Of a stretch of DNA of 64,000 bases, positions 40,535 through 54,555 are shown piece after piece. The DNA comes from Octopus vulgaris (taxonomy: Eukaryota). A model generated the notes under the pieces. That model did no database searches. It saw only the letters and a list, made by a program, of their open reading frames with translations, and was not told the origin of the DNA. The position numbers were made by a program, and so were the translations under genes. Location of the stretch: assembly GCA_951406725.2 (NCBI GenBank), contig OX597830.1, positions 74,896,001 through 74,960,000 of the forward strand. The letters run 5' to 3'. Numbering within the stretch: position 1 is the stretch's first letter; each line of letters starts with the position of its first letter.

Positions 40535-40604
<70 letters not shown>
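40335..40604. repeat. (CAT)n(ATT)n microsatellite
   Basis: Directly visible. Confidence 0.97.
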
Positions 40605-40606
<2 letters not shown>

Positions 40607-40806
40607 GTTAATAGGCCGGTTGAAATGCTTAAAGGTATTTCGTCTGTCGTTACGTTCTGAGTTCAAATTCCGCCGCGGTCGACTTTACTCTCTATCCTTT
40701 CGGATAAATTGTGTACCAGTGAAACATTGGGGTCGATGTAATCGACCAGTCCCCCTCACCCACCCACATTTCAGTTCTTTTGCCTACAGTAGAAAGGATT
40801 ATTATT
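40605..40806 (+). mobile_element. SINE family B (5'-truncated) with att tail
   Basis: gaaatgctt...gtatttcgtctgtcgttacgttctgagttcaaattccgccgcggtcgacttt...tagaaaggattattatt. Confidence 0.9.
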
Positions 40807-43004
40807 GTATTTTATCATTTCACCGTTTTTCCCTTTGATCCCCACCCACCATCTTGTAATGTCCCGTTCATCTTTGACAAAGAGGCAAATAAACGATACC
40901 GCTATTACTACTAATAATAACTTTTATTAATGTGTTAAAATTTCGTTAGAAATCTAAATTTAACAAAATTTTGTTACATTTTTTAAAAAAAGGGAGATAT
41001 TATTGGGATGTTTGTTGCCATGGGTTCATGTGCACTCAACCAGTTAGATATCGTCTTCAATAGACCGAGAACTCTTGAATTCAGTAGGAAGCCATGAGAG
41101 GACATGAAGCGACGTTGGCTTGCAAACAATTTTAGAAGTGAGTAAGAATAACCGGAGTAGTCGCTTCTTGTGTTATTTCCGGTATGAAGAATTTCCAGAA
41201 TATTTTGTCTTTTCTAGACTGTAAGTGAAATCGTTTCCAGCTTATGGGATGAATTTTAAGTGCTTTGTTATGATCGCGATTCCGGCAACCACAGAAACAG
41301 TCCAAACTGCCCACAAATTACGAAGCCGTTCTGCAAGTATTCGTTCAATATGTGTCTGCGCATGTGCTAACTTACATCGAGTAGATGTATCATCTGTTTG
41401 GATAGAAGGCTAGTCAATGACAATGCTACCAAAATTTGACAGTCACTTCCTTTTATCGACCCTAGAGAATTGAAAAGCAACATTAATCCGTGCAAGATTT
41501 TCAGATTTCACGATGAAGGTCTAGAACTAACATTTCTTTTCCATGAAACTGTAAGGATCTCAAACCAAAATATGAACACTATCTTTTTTTAAAAAGCTCT
41601 AAGATTAAACTAGAGCCTCCGTCAGTTCATATATATTTATCGCTTGCCTCCTGGAGAGGAGATCGGACAATCGGCGTCTAACGACACTTATAAAGCTAGT
41701 AGCACATGTCCACGACTGTCCTTTTACCACCAGACAATAAGCCTGGTCAATTCATTTATGGCATGTGAATTTCCGAACATCCTTGATTCTTGACATTATT
41801 TCTCCTTTTCAAGCGCAGTTTAACTTAAATACCATTTGGTAATTATGATATGTCTTCTAGTGGCGGAGTTAATTTTAATAAATCAAGAATTTAAGTTCAC
41901 TCTGAGTTTCATTTTGTTCGGCTTAGTTTTGTCATAGCTACCTACACACACATATACGCACTCATATATATGTACATATGCAAAAGAGAGATAGATAGGT
42001 AGATAATGTGTGTTTGTATGTATCATTTATCTAGAAACACCTATTCTTCAGTTGTATATGATATTGTGGAATATTGATTAACTGAGCAAGATATTTAAGA
42101 TTTGTCTATCCATACATATACATGAGCACACACATAGAGACAGAGAGAAAGAGACAGGGAGAGAGATAGAGAGAGAGAGAGAAGGAGGAGAGAGAGGATA
42201 CATACTTTCCCCTCTACATTCGCATAAACAATAAAACTATAATGAAGAAGACTCAATCGGTTTAAGGAACAGGAATATATTTTCCTGTGTGGTCAATATT
42301 TTTGCTAAGTAACAACAATACCTAATATCTATTGAACACAAGTTCGTTTGAGACGTTCTGCCGCCAGTGCCCCCTCACTACTGCCACCTACATCACCTCA
42401 ACCCTATCACTATTTCTTTGTCCCTTTATCCTGCACCTCTTTATGACTAATGAATTTTGTCGTGCAGACAAACAGCAATCACTTAGACCCTACTCTTTTT
42501 CGTTGGACACACCAGATCTGTCGCACCGTCTTCGAGTAAATAAGGCGAGAAACACACATATGGGCTTATTATATTCGTTTGTTTTGTTTGTTTGTTTGTT
42601 TGTTTGTTTGTGTGTTTCTACGTGTGTATATGTGTGACGGGGTGGTGTTCTGGGTGGGTTGCGTTTGGGTTGACTGTTTTTTATTAATCGTCTTAAGGAA
42701 TAATTTTATTACGTTTTTTTTTTTTTTTTGCAACGTGCGGTTCCGCTTGACCATCTGCTAAATCTTGAATAGTTGATGTTATTGTTTCTGTTTTTGTTTT
42801 TTTACATATTATAGAAATAAATTATTATTACTTAAAATGCATAGAATTTATTCATATCATCATCATCATCATCATCATCATCATCGTCATCTTCATCATC
42901 ATCGTCAATATCGTCGTCGTCGTAGTCGACGTAGACGTTTTGTGTTGTAAGAAAAATTGCCCGCAAAGATTTTAACAATTGTTAGAAAACAAAACTTTTG
43001 ATAA

Positions 43005-43198
43005 TAGTTGTCGCATCGGATTAAATACATTGCAAAATTTCGTCGTTTCTTTACGTACTGAGTTCAAATTCCGCCGAGATCGATTTTGCCATTCATCCTT
43101 TTGGAGTCAATAAAATAGTACCAGTTGAGTACTGGAGTTGATGTAATAGATTTAACCCCTACCCTAAAATTTCAGGTTTTGTGCCTTTAGTAGAAAGG

Positions 43199-43257
<59 letters not shown>

Positions 43258-43270
43258 CATTATTATTATG
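43005..43270 (+). mobile_element. SINE family B with (ATT)n tail
   Basis: ttacgtactgagttcaaattccgccgagatcgattttgccattcatcc...tagaaagg(att)n. Confidence 0.88.
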
Positions 43271-43272
43271 AT

Positions 43273-43822
43273 TGAGTGAGAGAGAGGTGTGCATGCCATC
43301 AAAGTAACACTGGAATAAAATATACAAAGCCCAATATACCCATCATGACTACCCGTCTGATAATGGTACACCTGGCACATGCATCACAACCATATATGCG
43401 CGATATGATGATCTCATATAAAGATAAAGAGCACATGATCTTGCAGGTGTGGCCCAATTCGAACTTTCTTCAGGTTGAGAAGTCCATCCTGCTGAAAAGG
43501 TCCCTGAATAGGGGCTGTTTAAGGGTATTGAATGAAACACCCATGTTTCCAGAGATGAATTATTCAAACTCCAAAGAATTCCTCTCAACACATGGCAATG
43601 ATGCTTTCCCACTGATTCTGCTCGTGATCAGAGATGCACATATCGTCAGCCACTAAGGGACATGCTCAACTGGTTATGGTCAAACAACTGACAAGCAAAT
43701 CTGTGGTATTGAGCAGAATATTTACTGTAGCCCATCTTTTATACCAAGACAAAACAATGTACATGATAGCATTTCAAATCAGTTAACATCAGAAGCCATG
43801 AGTGCCACTGCCTGGTACAGTA
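43273..43822 (-). mobile_element. About 550-bp interspersed repeat inside (ATT)n; probable non-autonomous non-LTR element with (AAT)n tail
   Basis: Complex sequence bounded by ATT repeats on both sides, recalled as a high-copy Octopus repeat. No credible ORF; orientation inferred from the tail. Confidence 0.55.
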
Positions 43823-43845
43823 TATTATTATTGTTATTATTTGTA

Positions 43846-44011
43846 AGGTGGCGAGCTGATAGCATCGTTAGCACACTGGACGAAATGCTTGGCGGTGTTT
43901 TGCCAGTCGCTACGTTCTGAATTCAAATTCCGCAGAAGTCGACTTAGTCTTTCATCCTTTCGGATTCGATAACTTAAATACCAGTGAAACACTAGGGTCG
44001 ATGTAATCGAC

Positions 44012-44052
<41 letters not shown>
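43846..44052 (+). mobile_element. SINE family B followed by (ATT)n
   Basis: aaggtggcgagctg...cgttagcac...tacgttctgaattcaaattccg...gtcgatgtaatcgact(att)n. Confidence 0.9.
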
Positions 44053-44054
<2 letters not shown>

Positions 44055-44055
44055 T

Positions 44056-44096
<41 letters not shown>

Positions 44097-44787
44097 TGTT
44101 GTTGTTGTTGTCAGGATTGTAGGGGGTATAGGGATATTGATGGCATTAGTATTGTTTTATTGGAGTGAATTGTGGGGCAAAAAACATGTCATGCTGTTTT
44201 AAGTTTACGGTGTTCTTTGTTCTGATTTGAGATTCTGCTTTTCAGATTGACAAAAGAAATACCAGCGGTAACCTTGGGACTGGTAGAATCAGCTATAAAA
44301 TTCCTCCGAACTTGTGTCGTTGAACACACACACACATAGATTATCTGACAGACGTGGGCTACCAGAATTAGAACGCTTACAATGTTTATAAATTTTGAGG
44401 TCATGTATAAGCTGACCAATGCATGGCATTAACGTGTGCAGACTCGTTAATAAGGTGTATAACATTTTTACATTATCTTCCGTGGCTGTCTGTGGTATGA
44501 GTGTGTGTGCCGGCGTGTTTTCCGAAGTAAAATACAAAAGTGCACTTTTCTATATTAAATACTGCCTAGCTCTCTGTATTTCATACTTATATGTAAATAC
44601 ACGTTGAGCACACTTAAATTGGGTTTAAACGAGTTGAGATGTACTTTCTGTCTTTCTCTGTCCCTTAGACTCTCATACATGCATGCATGCATACATTTGT
44701 GCATGAAGATGTGTTGAAGGAATCGTCCTTCATGTTTTAAATACATCTCGGAGAGTCTGACGCTTGGAGAGTCGGGATGAAAAATAT

Positions 44788-44817
44788 TCACTGGGGAGAG
44801 ACTTTTTGAACACCTTG
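44788..44817 (-). mobile_element. Solo Tc1/mariner-like TIR next to (TA)n
   Basis: Minus strand TA|caaggtgttcaaaaagtctctcccca resembles CAGGGTG-type TIRs; partner TIR not found. Confidence 0.35.
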
Positions 44818-44905
44818 TATATATATATATATATAAGTATGCATGTATGTGTGTATGTATATATATCTTTGAGAATATGCATGTGTTTGTGTGTATATGT
44901 ATATA

Positions 44906-44938
<33 letters not shown>

Positions 44939-45129
44939 GTCTCTCTCTCTATATATATATACATATTTATATGTATGTATATATATATATATGTATGTAT
45001 GTATATATATATATATGTATGTATGCATATATATATATATGTATCTATGTACATGTATATGTATGTTTGTATATATATACGTATATATATATACATATAG
45101 ATAAAATATATGTATATAAATGTATATGA

Positions 45130-45193
<64 letters not shown>
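44818..45193. repeat. Compound (TA)n/(TATG)n microsatellite
   Basis: Directly visible. Confidence 0.96.
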
Positions 45194-45195
<2 letters not shown>

Positions 45196-45534
45196 CGCGA
45201 TAAGCCCCTTCAATATTCAAAATGATGGTAATGTGGGTGAGCGTGATATATGACACCACCACCACCACCACTACCACCACCACCACCAATAACAACACTA
45301 TCACTTTACTTTTGCTAACAGAATAATACTCTTTAGTCAACACTACCAGATATATGGTTCTTAGTGGATTTAGCTAAACCGGAATTTAAGGTTAGGTGGC
45401 ATGTGAAAGTTTGGTCTAGTCGTATAATTTATCGACCAGTATAATCAATTTAGCGAAATCATTAGAATCTATCAGTTAATTTAATCTGCGAACTTTAACC
45501 GTTTCCTTTTAAACATCCTGTCGATGTAATTAAT

Positions 45535-45612
45535 GTTCTTCTTCTTCTTCTTCTTCTTCTTCTTCTTCTTCTTCTTCTTTTTCTTCATTATTACTATTAT
45601 TATTATTATTAC

Positions 45613-45660
<48 letters not shown>

Positions 45661-45770
45661 CATTTTCCCTTTTGTTGTTCTTATTATTTTTATCTTCATC
45701 ATCACTATCATCACCACCACTACCATCATCACTATTATTATTAATATCATTATTATTCTATAATTGTTGA
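45535..45770. repeat. (TTC)n(ATT)n microsatellite
   Basis: Directly visible. Confidence 0.96.
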
Positions 45771-46068
45771 TATTAATAGTAATTATCGGTTTATTTATTC
45801 CCTTGTTTGCTTGTTTGCTGTAACGTATTACTTTCCACCTCCCCCACCATACCTATATCTTATGTCAACCATCCACTGTGTACACAAAACATAGTCAAAC
45901 ATTTGACAAATACAATAAATTACTGACTGTTTCCTTAGATTAATCACTCGTATATATTTAAATTAATAAAATATATAAATTTAAGAAAAATATATCTCGA
46001 TATCAGGCATTATATTGTGTTTGTATCAAAATTCAAAGTTATATATATATATATATATATATATATTT

Positions 46069-46109
<41 letters not shown>

Positions 46110-46428
46110 CATACATACATATATATATATATGTATATACATATATATATATAGGCTTTAGAATATGTTTAGATCTTATAACTACTGATAAGGATATATC
46201 TTAAACATATATTTATTCTTTTGAATGAGAGAGAAGACCGGTTGTGGAATGGTGTATGAGAGAGAAAGGAATTCGAACTTGAGACGATAGATAAGTTAAG
46301 TCAGTTTCCTGTCAGTTCCACGTTCTATCACCAAGTTTTTTAAAATTCCATATAAGTCTGTTTGTGTTTTGTGTAAATAAGAATTATGGCTGTATTTTCT
46401 CCATTTCTCGCTCTCTCTCATCCTCCCC

Positions 46429-46509
<81 letters not shown>

Positions 46510-47039
46510 GCCAGATGTTTCTGACTTTTAGGAAGAATGACATAAAAATGTTTTCGAATACCTTTTTGGGTGGTTCTTTGCTATTTTGACAACATTTACC
46601 CAACGATAACTATTTAACATTCTAATTATAACAGCCGATGAGGGGACTTAAACGTGGTCGCATAAATTACCAGAAATAGCATGTAAACCTCTCTGCACTC
46701 CTACCTTACTGTCTTAGATATATGGTACTATCAGGATGGTATTACTCTGATTTGTTTCCTTACTAAAGGTAAAGGGATGGGATCGACCTAGATTTGCTCA
46801 ACCAGAGTTGGCCTGGGGTTAGAAATTGCAATTGAAATACTAATACAACGGCAATCACTACAATCAAAATAATAATGCTAATATAAGCAATAAATGCAGG
46901 TATTAAAATTTTGATTTAACCCTAGGTAAGAACATTGGGATAGATCTCAAATGGTATTCTGCTATCAATAAACTCAGACTTCCTCAAAGGCATCTAAAAT
47001 CAAGATCTATTTCATTGATTGTCATTGATTCTTTTGCCA

Positions 47040-47330
47040 ATAAGCTTCAACAGCAATCTTCTAGAAGTTCCTTTTTCTAACCACCATCTCTCTTATACCG
47101 TTACTACAACGTTTTCTGCTCACATGAAGAAAAATCTATCTGCCTCTCTGCAAATTTGTCTCTCACTTCTCAAACTTGACACATTTCAATCCGTATAATC
47201 CTTCCTCTCACAGAATATAACATTCCAAATGGTTCTCCCCATCAAAGTGTTTTCTACAGATATTGTCCTATATATGCTCAAACTGAACATTAGCCGCATC
47301 AATTTCCTTAACGAGGGGATGACATGCAAA
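47040..47330 (-). pseudogene. Possible decayed RTE-clade LINE 3' region
   Basis: Minus strand ...attgaaatgtgtcaagtttgagaagtgagagacaaatttgcagagaggcaga...gtggttagaaaa recalls the RTE KC..L.VEG...RGRP.KTW..VVR.D region. Frameshifted. Confidence 0.3.
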
Positions 47331-47469
47331 GGTCATGGACAATGCTCCTACTATTTCTCGGTTTATCTCATTAGACTACACAAGAAATCAATATTCTGCT
47401 AAATATATTATCGATCCACTGTATCCACCAGTGTTGAATTATATCAACTTAGATTCTTCTGATGCCATT

Positions 47470-48000
47470 ACACCATTACAAGATCACTACGACATCTTGC
47501 ACATCGTCACACTGCACACCATACTACCACAACGCCACATCACACTCCACTAAACATATTACTACAACATTAGCCACCACATTAAAACACTGACCACACT
47601 GCTATAACACAAACCACTAAGCAACACATACCATTATCACTCTATCTTACATACTGTTTTACCGCAATGCATACCATACTATCACAACTTCTCCTATAAC
47701 ACTACAGAAACCAGCCCATTACAACAGACCACGGCACTACAATGCACATCACGACACATCTGATATTATTACATTCCTACAACATTAATAAAACTACTTC
47801 ATCACCAACAATAGCACAATAGATACCATTAGATAGTTACTTTAGGAATTGTACAACCACATCTACTACAATACTACTGATACCATTCCTCAGTTACAAT
47901 ACCAATTATACAACTTCCGCGCTTCCTATAACACTAAAACACCCACTACAAGCACTAGATATACTGGTGTAGAACTACATCCTCGATAACACCACTCTGG
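47470..48000. repeat. Decayed pentamer-like (ACCAC/ACTAC) low-complexity tract
   Basis: Strong C/A strand bias with recurrent cacta/accac units. Confidence 0.6.
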
Positions 48001-48396
48001 TATGCAAGTTCGTCTTTATTGTCTCATATGCCCCCCTGGCAAATCATTGCACTTGTATTTATGTATTGACAGCAATATTTATCTTTTGACAGCAAACTAC
48101 AGCGTACATAGATCAGAACTGGGCCGCTGGACTTGTGAGATCCTGGGTAACAGCCCAGCTTGCACATGTCTTAAGACGGCACTGCCAAAATGTACTCGGA
48201 CATGTTTGATATTATGACAAACTTACAGCATACAAAACTTCAAAAATATCTACCGCAATAATGACACAAAAACGCACATCACAATTGCATACACCTTTAC
48301 ACAAGAACAACTTCGACTACATAACCGTTACATAGCATATACATATATGTTTACAACAGTGCTGAGAGCCATCATCATACATTATCAGATTCTAAT

Positions 48397-48575
48397 CCGG
48401 GACTGAAGTCTACTCCGGCATCTCATCCCAGATGAGACTTCAGTCCCGGCATCCGAAACTCTGAGTTTTCTTATGACAACCAACTAATTGTAACATATTA
48501 TATTTATAGATAAATTCCTCTATTTTAAATAATATCGAGGTCTCATTCATTCTTTTGTTGTCATATTATTATTAA
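48397..48575 (+). mobile_element. Penelope-like terminal-repeat remnant with 15-bp fold-back and hammerhead-like remnant
   Basis: ccgggactgaagtct (48397-48411) is the reverse complement of 48435-48449. Followed by GAAA-CTCTGAG-T and an AT-rich tail ending at (TA)n. Confidence 0.5.
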
Positions 48576-48989
48576 TATATATATATACATATATGTGCGT
48601 GCGTGTGTGTGTGTGTAACAATGCACATATGTACGCATGAATAATCGTTACGTAAGTAAACTTTTGTTAACGAAACGCACGCAAGATCATGTAACTTAAC
48701 ATCTTATGAACAATCAATTGTGTATGAGTTTATATTCGTTTGCATGTGCATGCGTGTAACTGTGTACGTGCATGTGTGGATAGGTGCGCTCGCGTGATGA
48801 TATTCTATATATATATCACACAAGAATATTCTCAAGATTCTGATTTATCACATACCCATACTTGCAAAATATTTATCGAAACGTCGTTTTCAACAAGAAA
48901 CTGCTTTGTAAATTTTGCTTTAAACTCTTAATGCAGTTAAACTAAGACTTGATAATAAGTACATGTCTATATATATATATATATATATA

Positions 48990-49202
48990 CTCTCTTTTAC
49001 TTGTTTTAGTCATTTGACTGCGGCCATGCTGGAGCACCGCCTTTAATCGAGAAAATCGACCCCGGGACTTATTCTTTTGTAAGCCCAGTACTTATTCTAT
49101 CGGTCTTTTTTGCCGAACCGCTAAGTGACGGGGACATAAACACACCAGCATCGGTTGTCAAGCAATGCTTGGGGGACAAACACAGACACACAAACACATA
49201 CA

Positions 49203-49249
<47 letters not shown>

Positions 49250-49411
49250 GACGGGCTTCTTTCAGTTTCCATCTACCAAATCCACTCACAAGGCTTTGGT
49301 CGGCCCGAGGCTATAGTAGAAGACACTTGCCCAAGGTGCCACGCAGTGGGACTGAACCCGGAACCATGTGGTTGGTAAACAAGCTACTTACCACACAGTC
49401 ACTCCTGCGCC
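48990..49411 (-). mobile_element. Full-length young SINE family A (tRNA head, internal (TA)n/(TG)n, gtaaaagag tail) inside (TA)n
   Basis: Minus strand ggcgcaggagtgactgtgtggtaag...ggttcagtccc (A/B-box-like), ccttgggcaag (CORE-like), ends aaggcggtgctccagcatggccgcagtcaaatgactaaaacaagtaaaagag. Confidence 0.95.
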
Positions 49412-49442
<31 letters not shown>

Positions 49443-49944
49443 AAGTCACTGATTGTTGTAGCTATATATGTTTCTGCACATTATTAACCGCCTCTTTTGT
49501 GATTCTATTAATTTACAATCGATCTAAACAGCCATTACGTTTATTTGCTCTAACGTACATATGTGTGAAAGAACACTACGCATACATACCAATATACGTA
49601 AACATATGTGTGTGCGCGCGCGCGTGTGTGCAAGTATGTATGTGCAAATATATATGCTATAAAAGCGATCATATATTTAGTTAATTTACTGATTGGTTAA
49701 CAGAAATCAAATTTTTAATTGCTATAGAATAGTCGCAACATTTCTATATTATTATTATTATTATTATTATTACTACTACTACTATTTCTAAAATTACATT
49801 AATTTGCGTGTATATGTTCGTACGTACACTTGTCCGCACGCGTACATCCAGCCGCTTGCACACGCATGTATAATACATATATGTGTGCATATAAAGAGAG
49901 TATCTATCCCTGTGTTTGTATGCCTGTTTATCTATGTATGTATG

Positions 49945-50031
<87 letters not shown>

Positions 50032-50507
50032 CAGGCTATAAGACGTTACAAGATTAAAACACGATCTGGATATTTGGTTCTTTGAACGAATCTGGCAGAG
50101 CGATGTCACACACGGAGCTCCTATCACTTGAGCCTATCTTTCTAACATTTTGCTGATTTCAGAAACACACACACACACACACACTCATGCATATGCATAA
50201 ACACACATGCACACCCACATACACAGATAGACAGACAGTCAGGCACACACACAAAGTCTGATTTCAGCGATATAAAATATGTACATATGCATTGCACATC
50301 GTGGTAGTGCAGGCATTAAATACTATAGAGCTCAATACGTATCGTTGAGTACAGTAATGCTGTATAGTTGTGACAGTTTGATAGAAGCGGTTTGATTATT
50401 TGATACAAAAAATCAGTCAGACAGTGTGGTCAACAGACCTTGTCCGTTCGATTATTCAATATAAGATGATATATGATTGTGTAATCCATAGATATGTGTC
50501 TTCATCT

Positions 50508-50705
50508 TTTATTTGTTGCAGTAATCAGACTGCGGCGCAGCTGTTTTGAGAGATTGAATCGAAATAATCCACCACAGATTTTTTAATGTCTGGCATTCAT
50601 GTTACTTGACTCTTTTGCAGAACCAATAAGTTAGGGTGACGTAAACAAGCCAACTTTGTTATCAAGCGATGCGGTGTATGTTCGAACACGAACACAAAGA
50701 CATAC
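50508..50705 (-). mobile_element. Old SINE family A 3' half
   Basis: gactgcggc...ttttgcagaaccaataagttagggtgacgtaaaca...tcaagcgatg. Confidence 0.65.
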
Positions 50706-50733
50706 TTATATAGACATGTAGATATGCATGTGT

Positions 50734-50814
<81 letters not shown>

Positions 50815-50857
50815 CGTTTGTATATATGTATGTATACATGTATGTATATATGTAAAT

Positions 50858-51215
50858 GAGGGCGCATGGCCAATTGGTTATAGCGTTGCACTTTCGATCG
50901 CGAGATCTTGGCACATCAGTTCCTTGAGCGAGTAGTACGTTGTGGTTTTTGAGCAAAACACTTTCTCTCACGCTGCTCTACGATAAGTTCGAGACATGAC
51001 ACGTGGTGCATAGTGCACCTGTTTACGAAACATCGATTTGATGGAGAGAGTGAGATAATGTGCAACAAGAGCATTTGATCATTATAAACAAATCATTTCT
51101 GCAGGTCGTTCAGCAATATCTGAACGCTCACATGTCGTCTCCGACGGGAGAGTTCATCATATATCTAAGGCGGTGCTCCAGCATGGCCGCAGTCAAGTGA
51201 CTGAAACAAGTAAAA
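50858..51215 (+). mobile_element. tRNA-headed SINE (family D-like head) ending in a family A tail
   Basis: ggcgcatggccaattggttatagcgttgcac...ttgagcaaaacacttt head; ends aaggcggtgctccagcatggccgcagtcaagtgactgaaacaagtaaaa. Confidence 0.7.
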
Positions 51216-51693
51216 TATATATATATATATATATATTTGTTTTTGTTTTTAATCATTGACTCTCACGCTAGAAAACAAATGTATTTAAATTCAGTTTCTT
51301 TTGGGATCTGTGAATCCTCATATATCAAAAATTACACTGAAGAGATTCTTACCCACAAACAATGGTTTTTCATCATTTTATTATGGGTAAGAATCGAAAC
51401 CATTCTATATAATTTGTATTTAATATCTATTAATTTATATCCCCCTCTCCCGCACGTTTAAACTTTGAAGTTCCCTTCCACAATATTGTTTTCCTCTTCA
51501 ATATGACTTCCAGTGTGATGTACATCGTCACATATTGACTTCCATTTTATTCTAGTAGCTCTTACGCTTTCAGTGGTCTAAGGATCTTGTAACGAGCAAA
51601 TGCATAAAACAAAATTATAAGCATATAATATAATATAATATTATGCTAATACATTTTAAGTTTTCGAATTGACAAGTGCATATCTTCATTTTC

Positions 51694-51695
<2 letters not shown>

Positions 51696-51752
<57 letters not shown>

Positions 51753-51860
51753 CATACATACATACATACATACATACATACATACATACATACATACATA
51801 CATACATACATACATACATACATACATACATACATACACACACACGCACGCACACATACA
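51696..51860. repeat. (TA)n(TACA)n microsatellite
   Basis: Directly visible. Confidence 0.97.
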
Positions 51861-53452
51861 TAAGTTTACACGATGTGCTTCCACACAGTTTCCGCTTTCT
51901 AAATCTACTCACTGTTCATTAGACACACAAATGTTTCTTAACCACACAAACATATTTATAAATATGTATGTGTGGGTGTTTTTGTGTGCATATGAATGAT
52001 TCTGTCTGTCTGTGTGTAATCATATGCTTGTGCATGTATACCCTTTCTTGAAGTTCTTTTCATCCTATGTTTTCCTGATTCGACAGTTCTATAGCCAAAG
52101 ACAATCCAACTTAGACCATACTGTCTAGTTTTTATTTTGTTAATGAAACTTTGGGCGACTCTTTAGATCGCAACCTTCAGTGTTTATGATGGTGGAAATT
52201 TGTTTCGAGGAAGATTTTTGCAGCATTTTCTCGTTGGTAGGGGTGCCCATGTATTGTTGTGCTAATCTTATCTTAGTATAAATTGTAAGAATAATAAATG
52301 AAAAGATGAACATTGAATGAAGAAGTAAAACGACTGCCACAACAACAAATACAGTAACTCTGAGCAAAAATCATTAGCAAATATATTGAAATATAAAAGA
52401 AACTAGAAAAAAAAAACCCACACAAAAATATTTTAAATATTAAACAAAACAAGTAGAGTCAGGAAATATTTTTTAAATAATAACAACTACGACGACGATG
52501 ACAATAGCATCATCAGCAGCAGCAGCAACAACTACAACAACAAAATATAAACAAAACAAAGCCGAAACTATCCATCCGTGTCATGAGAGAAGGGTGGTGT
52601 AACAAGAATTGGCCCCCTGAGAATATCGAAATCAATGCACACTTTAAGCTGGTTTCCCCATCACAGCGTTATCTTGTATTTCACGCTTGGTCGAAACGCA
52701 CACACAGAGACACTCACACACAAACACACACACATACACACACACACACACATGGACATATTCACGCGTGTAGTCACAGAAACAAACACAGACTCGTAGT
52801 CAAACCTAAACATAAACTTATAAAAGAACCATTTCGAAGCTCCTATACATATACACGCAAGCACACGAATACAACCAAAACGCACGCATTGAAACACACA
52901 TATATGACAGATATAATAAATTACACCCTCACACACACCTAAACACACACATACACAAACTCATAGACGGTCATACACTTATACTGAAGACGACATAGAC
53001 ACACCGTAGACCACGCAAATACACACATATGCCCATACAGGCAGACACACACATAGATGTCCTCACAAACAAAATCATATAAATTCACACACACATACAC
53101 AAACAAGAAATAAACACAACTAAAGAAAAATTAAAATAAAATTACAAAAATCACCAACAAAAAGAAAAAGAAAAAAACACGTGAAAAAAAAAACAGATTA
53201 TTCATATTTTCTTTTTTTTTAAACATTGACTGTCACAGAATTTTTGATAAAGAAAATTTGTTGTATGGCAAAAAAAGAAAAAAATCTTTGAAAAATGAAA
53301 GAAAGTTAAATTGTTATGTGGACATAGCGTAATATAATATTAAACATCACCAACAGAGTGACCCCTTTAAGAAGACAAGATATTTGCATAGAAAATTATG
53401 TGCAATATGGTACATACATACATACACACACACATATACATATATGTATATA

Positions 53453-53494
<42 letters not shown>

Positions 53495-53795
53495 TTAAGA
53501 TTTTGTATAATATGAGATGATTTCATATCAGGTTGTTAGATAGAAGAAAAGAATATGGAACCGCTTAAGAATATTGATTTATGTTATAGGCGCAAGGTCT
53601 TAATTTCGGCGAATTTATATAGTGTATCAAATCAACCTCAAAACATGACTAACACTTCAATTTATCACGTCTTCTATGTATGTGAGTATGAGTGTGTATT
53701 CATGTATCTATATGTGTGCGTGTACATACATATATGTGTATGTATGCAACAGTATATGTGTATATATGTGTGTGTGTCTATATGTGTCTATGCAC

Positions 53796-53872
<77 letters not shown>

Positions 53873-54309
53873 AGCTATCTATCTATCTATTAATCTATTT
53901 ATCTTTCTTTTGTAGTCTTACCATTTTTATCAATATATATAAATGTTGCTTGCTTCCAAATGCACTACAAACACATAGACACCAGTTTGTCTTCCATTTC
54001 TTTAAAGAACGATATAAATAAAAGTACAAATCAAGAACAGTTGATTAGTGGAACTAAGAAAGGTGCATTTCCTGTTCCGATTCTTCGTCTTCTGATATCT
54101 GAATTTTTTTTTTCTTGGACAAAATTGTTTTTGTGAAGAAGGAATATTTTCTTGCATGAGCAACAGCTAATCTTCCTCAAAGTATCGTGTCCCGTTCAGC
54201 ATATAAATTTGTATATGAATAGTCAACACAGAAAGAGGGAAACCTTACGTAGCTTCCAAATAATGGTTTATTTTGCCTGCCAGATTAAGGCAAGAAGTAG
54301 GTGTATGTG

Positions 54310-54555
54310 TACTAAGTTAGGGACTGTAAACAAACCAGCATCGGTTATCAAGGTTTAGATTGTGTAGGGACAAATACAAGCACAATTGAAAAGACACACA
54401 CCCATGCACGCATACACACACATTACACACATACAAATATATATATAACAGGCTTCCGCACAATTTCCGTCTACCAAATTCACTCACAGGTATCGCTCGG
54501 TCAGGGGTTATAGTGGAAGACACTTGCCTAAGGTGTTGCTCAATGGGGCTAAAAC
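54310..54555 (-). mobile_element. SINE family A fragment
   Basis: gtaaacaaaccagcatcggttatcaag...tttccgtctaccaaattcactcaca...gaagacacttgcctaaggtg. Confidence 0.85.

Noticed and set aside
46631-46690. ccgatgagg...gaaatagc hammerhead-like pattern
   Set aside because: No convincing stem II or III; gaaatagc belongs to a dispersed repeat motif also seen near 37875 and 12905.
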